In this document: positions 20,294-28,239 of the stretch, in pieces
Layout of the letters: every line of letters starts with the position of its first letter
Position numbering within the stretch: position 1 is the stretch's first letter
Position numbers and translations under genes: made by a program
Notes under the pieces: generated by a model
What the model saw: only the letters and a program-made list of their open reading frames with translations
Database searches by the model: none
Told to the model about the DNA's origin: nothing
Virus record (IMG/VR): IMGVR_UViG_2778261296_000006
Source of the DNA: a virus
Lineage: Duplodnaviria; Heunggongvirae; Uroviricota; Caudoviricetes
DNA: 40,041 nucleotides
Direction: 5' to 3' (one strand)

Positions 20294-20506
20294 ATGACAC
20301 CAGCAGTTAGCGCTAAGTTGTTGGAATTAACCAACGACCTTAACAACGAAGTAAAATTGTCTGCAATTTATGCTCTCGGCGAGAGTGCTTCAGCAACGCC
20401 AGCTCATGTAAATCGCTTACTTGATTTATCTTCGGATCTAAATCACAACGTCAAAGTCGCTGCAATTAAAGCTCTTGGCCGTATTACTCGACCAAAACAA
20501 GCCTAG
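20294..20506 (+). CDS. small protein with two HEAT-like (PBS-lyase type) repeats
   Basis: ATG at 20294 preceded by AGGAGG. 70 aa with two tandem repeats, LLELTNDLNNEVKLSAIYALGE and LLDLSSDLNHNVKVAAIKALGRI. AT-rich by eye. Opposite strand to the flanking terS/terL genes. Confidence 0.45.
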   Translation: MTPAVSAKLLELTNDLNNEVKLSAIYALGESASATPAHVNRLLDLSSDLNHNVKVAAIKALGRITRPKQA

Positions 20507-20531
20507 AATCCATAGCCGCAACATGCGGCTA

Positions 20532-21005
20532 TCACCCCATCATCTTGCGGTAAATCTCTGCGGCCTGATCTGCGGTGAGGTTGGTCGTCTCGGTCTTGAT
20601 CGGGCCGCCATCCTTGCCAGTGCTTTCAACCTTCAGCTTATTGGTGTAAGCGTCGCCAACCTCTTTCGCGGCCTGTTCAATCAGCTGCGCCGTCAGGGAG
20701 AAGTTTTTCATCCCCTCGGTTTTGGTTGCCATGCGGTCAAGCACGCGGAGGCGATAGGATTTGTTCGCGATCGGAATGTCGCTGGTTTCGGTCAGGAACC
20801 GTTCGCGCGTAGCGTGGAACATCTCGATCCACTTTTTGGCGAGCGTCTTACCGCTGGCCTTCGTGGGGTCGTGAGATTCAGCCTGCTGGCGGGTGATCTT
20901 GATCCCGAATTCTTTTTGGACAGCCTCAACCACCTGCGTCGGCGTGTCATAGCACGCAAGCGACTGAATGATGAAGGCTTTCACATCAGGTTTTAATGCA
21001 GCCAT
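20532..21005 (-). CDS. terminase small subunit (putative)
   Basis: 157-aa ORF immediately upstream of terL in the late operon. Positional. Confidence 0.4.
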   Translation of the reverse strand: MAALKPDVKAFIIQSLACYDTPTQVVEAVQKEFGIKITRQQAESHDPTKASGKTLAKKWIEMFHATRERFLTETSDIPIANKSYRLRVLDRMATKTEGMKNFSLTAQLIEQAAKEVGDAYTNKLKVESTGKDGGPIKTETTNLTADQAAEIYRKMMG

Positions 21006-21035
21006 AAATCACCATTCGTCTTATTCAGTCCAGTT

Positions 21036-21656
21036 TTAAGCCAGTCGCAGCATGCACGTCCCGCAAGCTCTGGCAATATCGAGATGAGCAACCTCCGCTG
21101 GCTGATTCGCCGCATCAATCATTTCCTGCACATCACGGCTCGCACCGTAACGGCGAACCACGCCCACAAACTCTTCCACGTCATGGCCGCGCAGCTTCAG
21201 CTTTGGCTGCCCTTCCTGCGTGAACTTCGGCACACCAAATTCATCTGTCGCTTGGCAGATGTGATAAAGCTCGTGCTCTATCAGCGCGCAGAATTCCAGA
21301 TCGGAACATTGCGAGCAGTAATCGGCGGCCAGCGTGATGATGAACTGCGGCACCCTGCCGAACCATTCATACATCTGCTGCTCCATCCGCGCTTTCTGCC
21401 AGCCTCCAGCCCGCATTGCCACTTCTTCCGCCTGCCCCAGCACGGACCGCCCTTTCTTCTCGAAAGTGTTCGACGCCCAGAGAAAGCACAGATCCGCTTC
21501 AAGCAAATGCTGGTGGTCAGGGTTGTAGAGGTCACCCTCATCGCTCAGGATGTGCTGATTCAGCCACTCGCCAACGTCAATGGCGGGCATTATGCTGATG
21601 TAAGGCTTCGGGTCAGGTGGCATCGTAAAATGCGCTGGTGGGTGTGGTCTGTTCAT
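21036..21656 (-). CDS. hypothetical protein with HExxH motif (possible metallopeptidase)
   Basis: 206-aa ORF containing HELYH plus several Cys residues, located between the lysis cassette and terS. Confidence 0.35.
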   Translation of the reverse strand: MNRPHPPAHFTMPPDPKPYISIMPAIDVGEWLNQHILSDEGDLYNPDHQHLLEADLCFLWASNTFEKKGRSVLGQAEEVAMRAGGWQKARMEQQMYEWFGRVPQFIITLAADYCSQCSDLEFCALIEHELYHICQATDEFGVPKFTQEGQPKLKLRGHDVEEFVGVVRRYGASRDVQEMIDAANQPAEVAHLDIARACGTCMLRLA

Positions 21657-21710
21657 GAATAATCCCAGTGCTCCATTATCGAAGCCCCTCAGTGAAGGGC
21701 TTCTGTAATG

Positions 21711-21896
21711 TCAGTCCCGGACGAACGTAACCTTTGTGGTTATCATTCGCCGTACAAGGCGCGTCGCTTCGCGTTGCATTTCATCAATTACTTTTGGCGT
21801 CAGCGGCTGACGCGCATATTTGCGCTCAATCTCTGCAAAAATCCCGTTCAGCACCTCGCTGTCTGGTGGGATAACTTCAACGTTTAATCGTGCCAT
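21711..21896 (-). CDS. hypothetical small protein
   Basis: 61-aa ORF; overlaps the end of Rz1 by 20 nt. Confidence 0.25.
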   Translation of the reverse strand: MARLNVEVIPPDSEVLNGIFAEIERKYARQPLTPKVIDEMQREATRLVRRMITTKVTFVRD

Positions 21897-22155
21897 CTGT
21901 TTGTCCTGCCCTGTTGTTCTCGAAAGTCCTGATATCAGCCTTATCCCTGTTGCACTGTGCTAACGCTGACAACAACGCAACATTCAGGTTAAGGCTTGCT
22001 CCCCACGTAAACGGATCGGGTAAATCTGGCTGGGGTGTTTCAGCCGTCAGGTTGGCTGGTAACGGAACCACCGGAACTGGAACGTAGACCGTTCGCGTAG
22101 TCGTGCAGCCGCTTAACTGCGCCAGAAGGCACAAAACGAACAGCACAATCATCAT
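21877..22155 (-). CDS. o-spanin (Rz1-like outer membrane lipoprotein)
   Basis: Starts inside Rz in another frame. MMIVLFVLCLLAQLSGC has a lipobox (LSGC) followed by a Pro-rich mature region (PVPVVPLPANLTAETPQPDLPDP). Confidence 0.55.
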   Translation of the reverse strand: MMIVLFVLCLLAQLSGCTTTRTVYVPVPVVPLPANLTAETPQPDLPDPFTWGASLNLNVALLSALAQCNRDKADIRTFENNRAGQTDGTIKR

Positions 22156-22432
22156 CCGCAACAGCAGCCTTGATATCGTTCTCGGTTCTCTGTGACTCCA
22201 GTGCGATCTGCTGCCTGGCATATTGATTTGTCTCCAGAATGATGTTCGTTATTGCTACGGTGCGCAGGACATTCGCGGTGATGGTCTCAAAGGAATCAGC
22301 GCGCTGTTCTGCATCGTCAGCGCGCCGCTGTTCCTCCAGAAACTTTCCATGGTAATGATTCGCTGACCAGACAAGACCACCAGCAATACAAGCAATAAAC
22401 GTTAAAATAAGCGCCCAATAACTCATCTTCAT
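22040..22432 (-). CDS. i-spanin (Rz-like)
   Basis: N-terminal TM helix (MKMSYWALILTFIACIAGGLVW) followed by a charged coiled-coil region. Directly downstream of the endolysin. Confidence 0.6.
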   Translation of the reverse strand: MKMSYWALILTFIACIAGGLVWSANHYHGKFLEEQRRADDAEQRADSFETITANVLRTVAITNIILETNQYARQQIALESQRTENDIKAAVADDDCAVRFVPSGAVKRLHDYANGLRSSSGGSVTSQPDG

Positions 22433-23043
22433 ACCAGCAGCGCCGCCCGCGCCTTGTTGTATCGGACCTTACGATCCTCAATACCGTTCAGACCGCCGTT
22501 AATGATGCGAGTAACACGATTAATATCGGCACCGTAGATCATGCAGCCTTTAGAGGTGTAGAACCATGCAGCTGAGCGCGCAGCCTGTAGTTCCTGTTCC
22601 AGTTGTTCAGGTGAAGTCACCAAATCTAACTTCAGAGCAGCCCCGCAGGTGCGATAATTGTCGAGGCCAGTGATTTGAATTAACCCTCTGCCGCGATATT
22701 TCCAGCCGTCGCCGGGCGCTTTGTTACCCAGGCGGTTGCTATACACCAGATTGGCAATAGCATCCTGACGAGCTGCATGTCCGGATGTTCTGCCAAGGGC
22801 ATCAGCCTGCTGCTGTGTGATCCTCTTTCCGAACGTCGCCACCAGCGCAGATGGTGTGTAGTTCAAATTTTCAACTACAGCGCTAAAGCCACCAGACTCA
22901 TGACCTACCTGAGCGATGAACATGGCCTGATCCGCGGGTGCTGTAATGCCGAATTCTTTCATCGCTGCATCTACTGGTTGAAACCAGCGCACAGCCAGTC
23001 CGGCGCTGATACCAGCCGCCTTTTGAAATAATTGTTGGTTCAT
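22429..23043 (-). CDS. endolysin (glycoside hydrolase family 19-like lysozyme)
   Basis: 204-aa ORF following two small membrane proteins. Sequence resembles GH19 chitinase-like phage endolysins as I recall them (FIAQVGHESGGF ... GRGLIQITG). Confidence 0.6.
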   Translation of the reverse strand: MNQQLFQKAAGISAGLAVRWFQPVDAAMKEFGITAPADQAMFIAQVGHESGGFSAVVENLNYTPSALVATFGKRITQQQADALGRTSGHAARQDAIANLVYSNRLGNKAPGDGWKYRGRGLIQITGLDNYRTCGAALKLDLVTSPEQLEQELQAARSAAWFYTSKGCMIYGADINRVTRIINGGLNGIEDRKVRYNKARAALLV

Positions 23044-23324
23044 TAGTGCCTCAGATGATCAACCAGGCGTGCAACGTTGCCTCTGACGGCCACCAGCACG
23101 GAAAGAAAAATAGTATTCGCCACGATAATGGGCCATGAGGAATGGGGATAAATCCCACAGAGATAGGCCAACGGAACAGCACTGTATGTAACAGTAATCA
23201 GCCAGGCTAAACGTGAAACCCAAGGACGATGCCGCGAATCACCACGACGATAAAACATCAGAGTAATAACAACACAAGCACATAACAGCGCGTTTATAGT
23301 TGCTGTCGGGTCATTTAGCTCCAC
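23043..23324 (-). CDS. holin-family membrane protein (second lysis membrane protein)
   Basis: 93-aa protein with two or three hydrophobic helices, immediately upstream of the endolysin. Confidence 0.45.
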   Translation of the reverse strand: MELNDPTATINALLCACVVITLMFYRRGDSRHRPWVSRLAWLITVTYSAVPLAYLCGIYPHSSWPIIVANTIFLSVLVAVRGNVARLVDHLRH

Positions 23325-23697
23325 CTGAACCTCCCCGGCGCGTTATGAGCGCCACCAGCGACCCGATATCCTGATTATTCAGGAACGTCAGGATCTTAAC
23401 GGCTAAAGCAGATACGATTACGGCACCAATGGCATCCAGAGGTTTATCACTGTATCCGGTCAAGCTTGCCAGCTTGGAGCCAACCAACCCAGAGCAAAGG
23501 ATCCCGGCAATATACGACACGATAAAATATGCCAGTCGGCGCGATGCGCTCAGATCCGCTGCTGTTGCTATGTAGAATACAGCCCCTGCAAATGCGCCAA
23601 ATACAACGCCGTAATCAGTTCCGGTCAGCAGTCCATAAACACTGGCACCCGTCAGGGCACCACCAGCCAGCCCAGTACCGGAAATTGGATCGGACAT
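23311..23697 (-). CDS. holin (putative)
   Basis: 128-aa Gly/Ala-rich multi-TM protein with a charged C-terminal tail; AAGAGGGGG RBS; first gene of the lysis cassette. Confidence 0.45.
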   Translation of the reverse strand: MSDPISGTGLAGGALTGASVYGLLTGTDYGVVFGAFAGAVFYIATAADLSASRRLAYFIVSYIAGILCSGLVGSKLASLTGYSDKPLDAIGAVIVSALAVKILTFLNNQDIGSLVALITRRGGSGGAK

Positions 23698-23814
23698 TTA
23701 GCCCCCTCTTAATTGCTGTGAGTCCTCTCAGGTATGAGGGGAAATAGGCTCAGGCTTCACGGGTTGGATTTATCAACAAAGCACGTAGCGGATGATTACC
23801 GTGAGCCGGAAATA

Positions 23815-23841
23815 AAAAAGCCCCAGCGGGTGCCGGGGCGA
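23815..23841 (-). terminator. putative rho-independent terminator (minus strand)
   Basis: GCCCC-N10-GGGGC hairpin followed on the minus strand by TTTTTT, downstream of the 24062-24631 gene. Confidence 0.4.
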
Positions 23842-23931
23842 GTTATAGATAAGTGCATGCTCTAGCAGCAAATCACTGTATTTGATATCGTTAAATCGCC
23901 AAAAATAACCCTATCAAACATGGAGAATTAT

Positions 23932-24081
23932 ATGAGTGAATCAAACAAACCATCTGGAGAAAATAAGCCTCAACCCGCACCACAGCCTAAACCGGCTCCA
24001 CAGCCAGCCGAAAGAAATCTGAGGACAGGTTATACCTTTGTTGCCGATTCTGCTGAAAACATCAGAAAAAAAGGTAAGTAA
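23932..24081 (+). CDS. small Pro/Gln-rich ORF (49 aa), doubtful
   Basis: ATG at 23932 with GGAG 7 nt upstream. Low-complexity PQPAPQPKPAPQP. Convergent with, and overlapping, the 3' end of the minus-strand membrane protein gene. Confidence 0.2.
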   Translation: MSESNKPSGENKPQPAPQPKPAPQPAERNLRTGYTFVADSAENIRKKGK

Positions 24082-24631
24082 GTACTGAGATTACAAGTGC
24101 ACAAACAGGGGTGAGGATTGTAGCGATCCTTACCCTTTCTAGTTCTCGGCCTATTCTGGCATTCTCTTTTTTACTAATTTCAGCCATTCTGGTTAAATCC
24201 GCAAGCCGGTAGCGCCGCAAGACGTTCAATGTTGAACGCTTTCCTGAAAATCCTTTCGACTCAAAACCAGTGTAATCATCTTCAGTAAACCCTTTATAGC
24301 CATCATGGTAAAGCGCATAGGGTGTCGATGACACGAGAGCTCGTGACCTTACAACGAGGACGCGGCGAACAAGATAAGCCGCACACATTGCCCAGTAGAC
24401 TAAAAAAACAGACATTCCAGCGGTGAGGTAATCAAAACCTGTACGTTGCGTTAATAACAAAAATGACGAGCCCACGCCAGCAATGAGTATACTCAATAAC
24501 TTCTGGCCATTTTCTTTGTTTAGTGCGTTGGACTGGTGAATTTCGCGTATACAATCCTCGCCCTGCTTCTCCAGAAAAGCAACGAGTTCGTCGTCCGCAT
24601 CCAAAAAGTAATCATCGGGTAGATTATTCAT
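24062..24631 (-). CDS. membrane protein, moron downstream of Q (candidate exclusion/abortive-infection protein)
   Basis: 189 aa with an acidic N-terminus, two central hydrophobic helices and a C-terminal hydrophobic helix. Sits between the PR'/tR'-like region and the lysis genes and is followed by its own terminator. Confidence 0.45.
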   Translation of the reverse strand: MNNLPDDYFLDADDELVAFLEKQGEDCIREIHQSNALNKENGQKLLSILIAGVGSSFLLLTQRTGFDYLTAGMSVFLVYWAMCAAYLVRRVLVVRSRALVSSTPYALYHDGYKGFTEDDYTGFESKGFSGKRSTLNVLRRYRLADLTRMAEISKKENARIGRELERVRIATILTPVCALVISVLTYLFF

Positions 24632-24705
24632 TCCCCAACCTCACATCCTGTAATGCATCAATTTTACCTGAATGTCTCGAACCTTGGTATTGCTGTCTCC
24701 AGAAA

Positions 24706-24738
24706 CGCAAAAACCCCACGGTGTTATCCGCAGGGCTT
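24706..24738 (-). terminator. tR'-like terminator downstream of the late promoter region
   Basis: Minus strand CCCTGCGG-ATAACAC-CGTGGGG hairpin (with G-U pairs) followed by TTTTTGCG, located 100-130 nt downstream of the Q stop. Confidence 0.4.
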
Positions 24739-24834
24739 GAAACGAAGGCATTAACCCATCGTTGGGACAAAATTAACACAGATTCGGGAAAAGTAAATAG
24801 CCCAAGACAAAATCATAGGCTATCGCTATAGGCG

Positions 24835-25617
24835 TTACCGCGTTATCTGCTTAAGCTGTTTTTCGGCCCAGGACTCTTCGATATCAAATTTCGTGATCAG
24901 CAGGTCGTAGAATGGCTTAACAGACTTTTTCCAGGTGTCCAGGCTAATGGCGTCAGTAATCTGGCATACAGCAGCATAGGCTTCAGTCGACGGAAGTCGT
25001 TCATACCCACGCCCTCCGCAGCGCTTACAGTCAGCCAGAACAGGAACGCCCTGTTTCTCAGTAAGAGCCTGGTTCACTGCCTTGCCGCGCCCATGGCAAT
25101 CACTGCAAGAAGCACTAACCACACCAGAGCCATTACACTTTTTGCATAGCACTTTGATGGATTCTTTGACCTTCACCATCCCGGACACGGTCATTTTCCC
25201 TTCTGGCTTACGGAATTTATTGGTAAACACGTCAGCCTCAATGAAGCCCTGACCGTCACAACAATCGCACTGCTTCACGCTGGCAGCGCTGCGGGAATAG
25301 TCCTCAAAAGCGAAGGTGGCCAACTGGTGCATCACCTGAGGTTTAACCGCGGCACCGAGCTTACGCAGTGCGGCAACCTTGTCGCATTTTGTCATCGCGT
25401 ACTCAGCCAGCAGACCGATCGCCCGATCCCGGTCGTTATTGCTTATGCCCATCTTGCCGAGGAAGGCGCTGTAACCCATTGCGGCGCGTTCCTGCGTCAT
25501 GCCCATGGCAGCCATTATGTCGGTACCGGTCAGTGAATCGGAGGCGGTAGCGCGCGGAGAATCGCTAATCAGTGTGGATTTAGCGAAGTGGTATTTCACT
25601 GTGTTTTCAAGGTTCAT
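24835..25617 (-). CDS. late-gene antitermination protein Q-like
   Basis: 260 aa with multiple CxxC zinc-finger pairs (CDCCDGQG, CKKCNGSG, CSDCHGRG, CKRCGGRG). Position between the nin-like genes and the lysis cassette. Confidence 0.6.
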   Translation of the reverse strand: MNLENTVKYHFAKSTLISDSPRATASDSLTGTDIMAAMGMTQERAAMGYSAFLGKMGISNNDRDRAIGLLAEYAMTKCDKVAALRKLGAAVKPQVMHQLATFAFEDYSRSAASVKQCDCCDGQGFIEADVFTNKFRKPEGKMTVSGMVKVKESIKVLCKKCNGSGVVSASCSDCHGRGKAVNQALTEKQGVPVLADCKRCGGRGYERLPSTEAYAAVCQITDAISLDTWKKSVKPFYDLLITKFDIEESWAEKQLKQITR

Positions 25618-25750
25618 AGCGCTTCTCCAGCATAAGTTTTCACGTAATTCTTCAGTATCCGGTAGTCCGTTAGCACAGAGCCGGGAAAGTGGTATAAGCG
25701 AAGCCGCTGCCAGCGAACGCGGAGGTGATCGGAAAAACAGGATTCAAATG

Positions 25751-26113
25751 TCATACGGCCTCCAGCCCGGTGATTGTCAGTTCCAGCTTTCCACCTTTGG
25801 TAACGGGCATCTTCACAACGCGATAATCAACGACCTGAGCATCGTCCAGCCAGAAACCTGCTTTGGTGAGTGCGTCAAAAGCGGCCTTTTGCAGATTATC
25901 CAGGTCACGGCGACGGCGATCCGGCATGTGGCACTCAATGCGGATTTTCACAGGCATAGCCAGACCGATATCCAGCATTGAGCCTTTAATGATTCGGGCG
26001 ACGTTATCACGGTATGCCTGCCCTTCTGCGCTGATGTGCGTGCGCCCGCGATTATGCCTGTAGTAGCGGTTATTGCTCGGCGGCCAGGGTAGTGTGATGT
26101 GGTAAGTATTCAC
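25751..26113 (-). CDS. rusA: Holliday junction resolvase RusA
   Basis: GTG start at 26113. [36 protein letters not shown]...[31 protein letters not shown] closely matches RusA as I recall it. Confidence 0.8.
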   Translation of the reverse strand: MNTYHITLPWPPSNNRYYRHNRGRTHISAEGQAYRDNVARIIKGSMLDIGLAMPVKIRIECHMPDRRRRDLDNLQKAAFDALTKAGFWLDDAQVVDYRVVKMPVTKGGKLELTITGLEAV

Positions 26114-26400
26114 GCCTTGATTACCCCCTCTTTCAGCCAGATAACCTGCGTTCTCGCCATACCTTCCAGCGCGCATTCTTTAGCATACTCAGCATCGACA
26201 AAATGTGTACGGCGGTCGATCTCGTCGTGACAGGCAGAGCATGCAATGGTGGCAATCAGATCAGGCGGTTTGATTCCGGTGCCACATAACCCGGCCAGGC
26301 GAATGTGCGCCAGTACAGACGTTTCCGGGTTACCGTTGCAGACGCCGGGAATTCGAACCTGACAATCACGACCACGAGCCTCTTTGCGTAAATTTGCCAT
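26110..26400 (-). CDS. ybcO: YbcO-like protein (DUF1364, putative nuclease)
   Basis: [42 protein letters not shown]...[11 protein letters not shown] closely matches E. coli DLP12 YbcO as I recall it. Overlaps the rusA start. Confidence 0.7.
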   Translation of the reverse strand: MANLRKEARGRDCQVRIPGVCNGNPETSVLAHIRLAGLCGTGIKPPDLIATIACSACHDEIDRRTHFVDAEYAKECALEGMARTQVIWLKEGVIKA

Positions 26401-26402
26401 GC

Positions 26403-26612
26403 TCACCCCCACGCCTTGCTTTGCCATACCCGGCTCGGGCGAGGCGCGTTATCGCCTTCCGGCAATTGCGCGCTGACGGTCCAGGTGATGTTGTCGCGAT
26501 TCAGGCTGCGCTCTGTCTTTACACCGCGCGCCCGGTATTTCTCCACCAGCTCGTCGGCCTGTTCGGTGGTGCATTCGTGATGGTGGAACCAGGAAAATTT
26601 CATCGCCATCAC
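26403..26612 (-). CDS. hypothetical small protein (nin region)
   Basis: 69-aa ORF, tightly coupled to its neighbours. Confidence 0.3.
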   Translation of the reverse strand: MMAMKFSWFHHHECTTEQADELVEKYRARGVKTERSLNRDNITWTVSAQLPEGDNAPRPSRVWQSKAWG

Positions 26613-27208
26613 CCCGCAAAGCTCATCAGCTGGGCGGCGGCGTTTTCTGCCTCTTCACAACTGCGAAATGATCGGGAGAGTATCCATCGCCACAGAACAT
26701 CGAGCGCGGCTTTGTACAGCTGCTGGAACTCAGTTTCATCCATATTTGCGAATGAGATACTGCGGGGATGTTTGCGGAGGGTGCCGTCAGGCAGCTGAAT
26801 GGCGTCGTAATGGCCGGACTCAATAGTGACCCATGCACGATATGCATCGAATGACTTACAGGCGCAGATGCTACCAGTACGCTTATCGGCGATGCGGTCC
26901 AGATATTGCTCAGCAGCATCCAGGAGTGCTGCTTCACTTCCCGCGAATGAGGCAAGGAACTTGGCATAGCCGGTTACCAGCTTGCGTTCGTTGGAGGAGA
27001 TTGCCCCGCCGGTGGGTTCCCAGTATTCGAAACCGAGATTGAGTAACGCGAAGAAACGACGGTGAAAGGCCGGGTTGCGTACCTGCCGGAACTCAGCCAC
27101 CAGTACGGAGCCGAGTTTGATTTTTGATTGCAGTAAATCACTGGTCTCCGGCGTAGCGGGGATCAGGATTCCTGAGGAATGCTTGATGAGTTGTAGTTCG
27201 TGCGCCAT
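26609..27208 (-). CDS. hypothetical nin-region protein
   Basis: 199-aa ORF in the position occupied by NinB/YbcN-type genes in lambdoid phages. Family not verified. Confidence 0.4.
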   Translation of the reverse strand: MAHELQLIKHSSGILIPATPETSDLLQSKIKLGSVLVAEFRQVRNPAFHRRFFALLNLGFEYWEPTGGAISSNERKLVTGYAKFLASFAGSEAALLDAAEQYLDRIADKRTGSICACKSFDAYRAWVTIESGHYDAIQLPDGTLRKHPRSISFANMDETEFQQLYKAALDVLWRWILSRSFRSCEEAENAAAQLMSFAG

Positions 27209-27242
27209 GGTTTCTCTCCGTGGCGCAGTAGGTTACGGTTGT

Positions 27243-27491
27243 TCAGACCGTTGATTTCATATTATCAGAAGGTGGGGTTACCCGGTAGCCGAGACGGTGA
27301 ATAAACTGCATAAAACCATTAGGAGTAAAGACCTCTTCATCATCCAGCAAAGGCCGCATAGAAACCATGCCATTGACGCGATAAATTAGATGCCTGCCCG
27401 ATGAAGGAAAGCTAAACACCACGCAGCCGTCAGACCTTCTTACAATGTCATACCAGTTGTCTTCTGACGTTTGCAAAGCTGAATCACTCAC
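27243..27491 (-). CDS. hypothetical protein downstream of dinI
   Basis: 82-codon ORF with a GTG start at 27491 preceded by GGGAG. No family recognised. Confidence 0.3.
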   Translation of the reverse strand: MSDSALQTSEDNWYDIVRRSDGCVVFSFPSSGRHLIYRVNGMVSMRPLLDDEEVFTPNGFMQFIHRLGYRVTPPSDNMKSTV

Positions 27492-27608
27492 ATTTATGTT
27501 CTCCCTTCGAGCGACTAACAGACGCGATTAAAGATTGTCGGCAGCAGCATCAGAGGGTTACGCAAATTGCGGTATTCTGAAAAATGCGCGCCAGCCTTAA
27601 GCGCAATT

Positions 27609-27842
27609 CTAATAAAACCAGTCGTCAGCGCTTTCCCAGGTATCCTGGAGGATTGATTCAATTTTCTTTTTATCGTCCTTGTCACCACCAAAAACACTTA
27701 ACCCATCGGCCCCGGCACGGCGGATTGTGAGCCTGCAATTGTCATAGTGATCATTCAGGCGCTTAAGCAGTTCTTTCTCCAGTGCTGGTACTGCGCCTTT
27801 AGGAAGTTCTTTCATGCGATCAATGGTTAATTCAACTTTCAT
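27609..27842 (-). CDS. dinI: DinI-family DNA damage-inducible protein
   Basis: MKVELTIDRMKELPKGAVPALEKELLKRLNDHYDNCRLTIRRAGADGLSVFGGDKDDKKKIESILQDTWESADDWFY aligns end to end with E. coli DinI as I recall it (...ILQETWESADDWF). Confidence 0.8.
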   Translation of the reverse strand: MKVELTIDRMKELPKGAVPALEKELLKRLNDHYDNCRLTIRRAGADGLSVFGGDKDDKKKIESILQDTWESADDWFY

Positions 27843-27860
27843 AATGGCCCCCATTGCATT

Positions 27861-27880
27861 TACTGTGTTTTTATACAGTA
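27861..27880. promoter_or_regulatory. LexA (SOS) box overlapping the dinI promoter
   Basis: TACTGTGTTTTTATACAGTA is a perfect CTGT-N8-ACAG palindrome with TACTGT/ACAGTA arms, about 20 nt upstream of the dinI start. A -10-like TATACT overlaps the box on the minus strand. Confidence 0.65.
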
Positions 27881-27942
27881 TACCTATGCGCGGAAATGAT
27901 CAACGCTTTAAGAGCACAAATTGTTAATTTTCTGTCAGTAGT

Positions 27943-27970
27943 AAAAAAAGAAAACCCGCCGTAGCGGGTT
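27943..27970 (-). terminator. rho-independent terminator (minus strand)
   Basis: AACCCGC-CGTA-GCGGGTT hairpin followed on the minus strand by TTTTCTTTTTTT. Confidence 0.5.
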
Positions 27971-27987
27971 GAATTAGCGATGTTTTA

Positions 27988-28060
27988 TTACGCCGCTATT
28001 TGTTTCTGCTGACAAAGCTCCTGTAGGTTAGCCCTAACCAGCGCCTCAGCGAGCTGATGA
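27988..28060 (-). pseudogene. 3' remnant of a DNA methyltransferase gene (copy A, last ~24 codons)
   Basis: The minus-strand frame ends ...NHQLAEALVRANLQELCQQKQIAA-stop. The DNA is about 80-85% identical to the 3' end of remnant B (28577-28650). Confidence 0.4.
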
Positions 28061-28239
28061 TTGGACAGCATTAACGCAATGGGTAATAGAAACCACAGAA
28101 TGCACGAAATGGCGGTGGTATTCGCCATCTGTGACAGGTTGAATATTGCTCGAATTGTATTGTTTGCACTTTAACGTTTCTGTTGTAGTGCCGGATGCAT
28201 GCCACCGTATGTTCAGGACGATGGCATGCATATTATGGA

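Noticed and set aside
20510-20530. Perfect 9-bp hairpin ATAGCCGCA-ACA-TGCGGCTAT as a transcription terminator
   Set aside because: No U-tract follows on either strand, so it is unlikely to be an intrinsic terminator. Kept only as a structural note in the terS-terL insertion finding.
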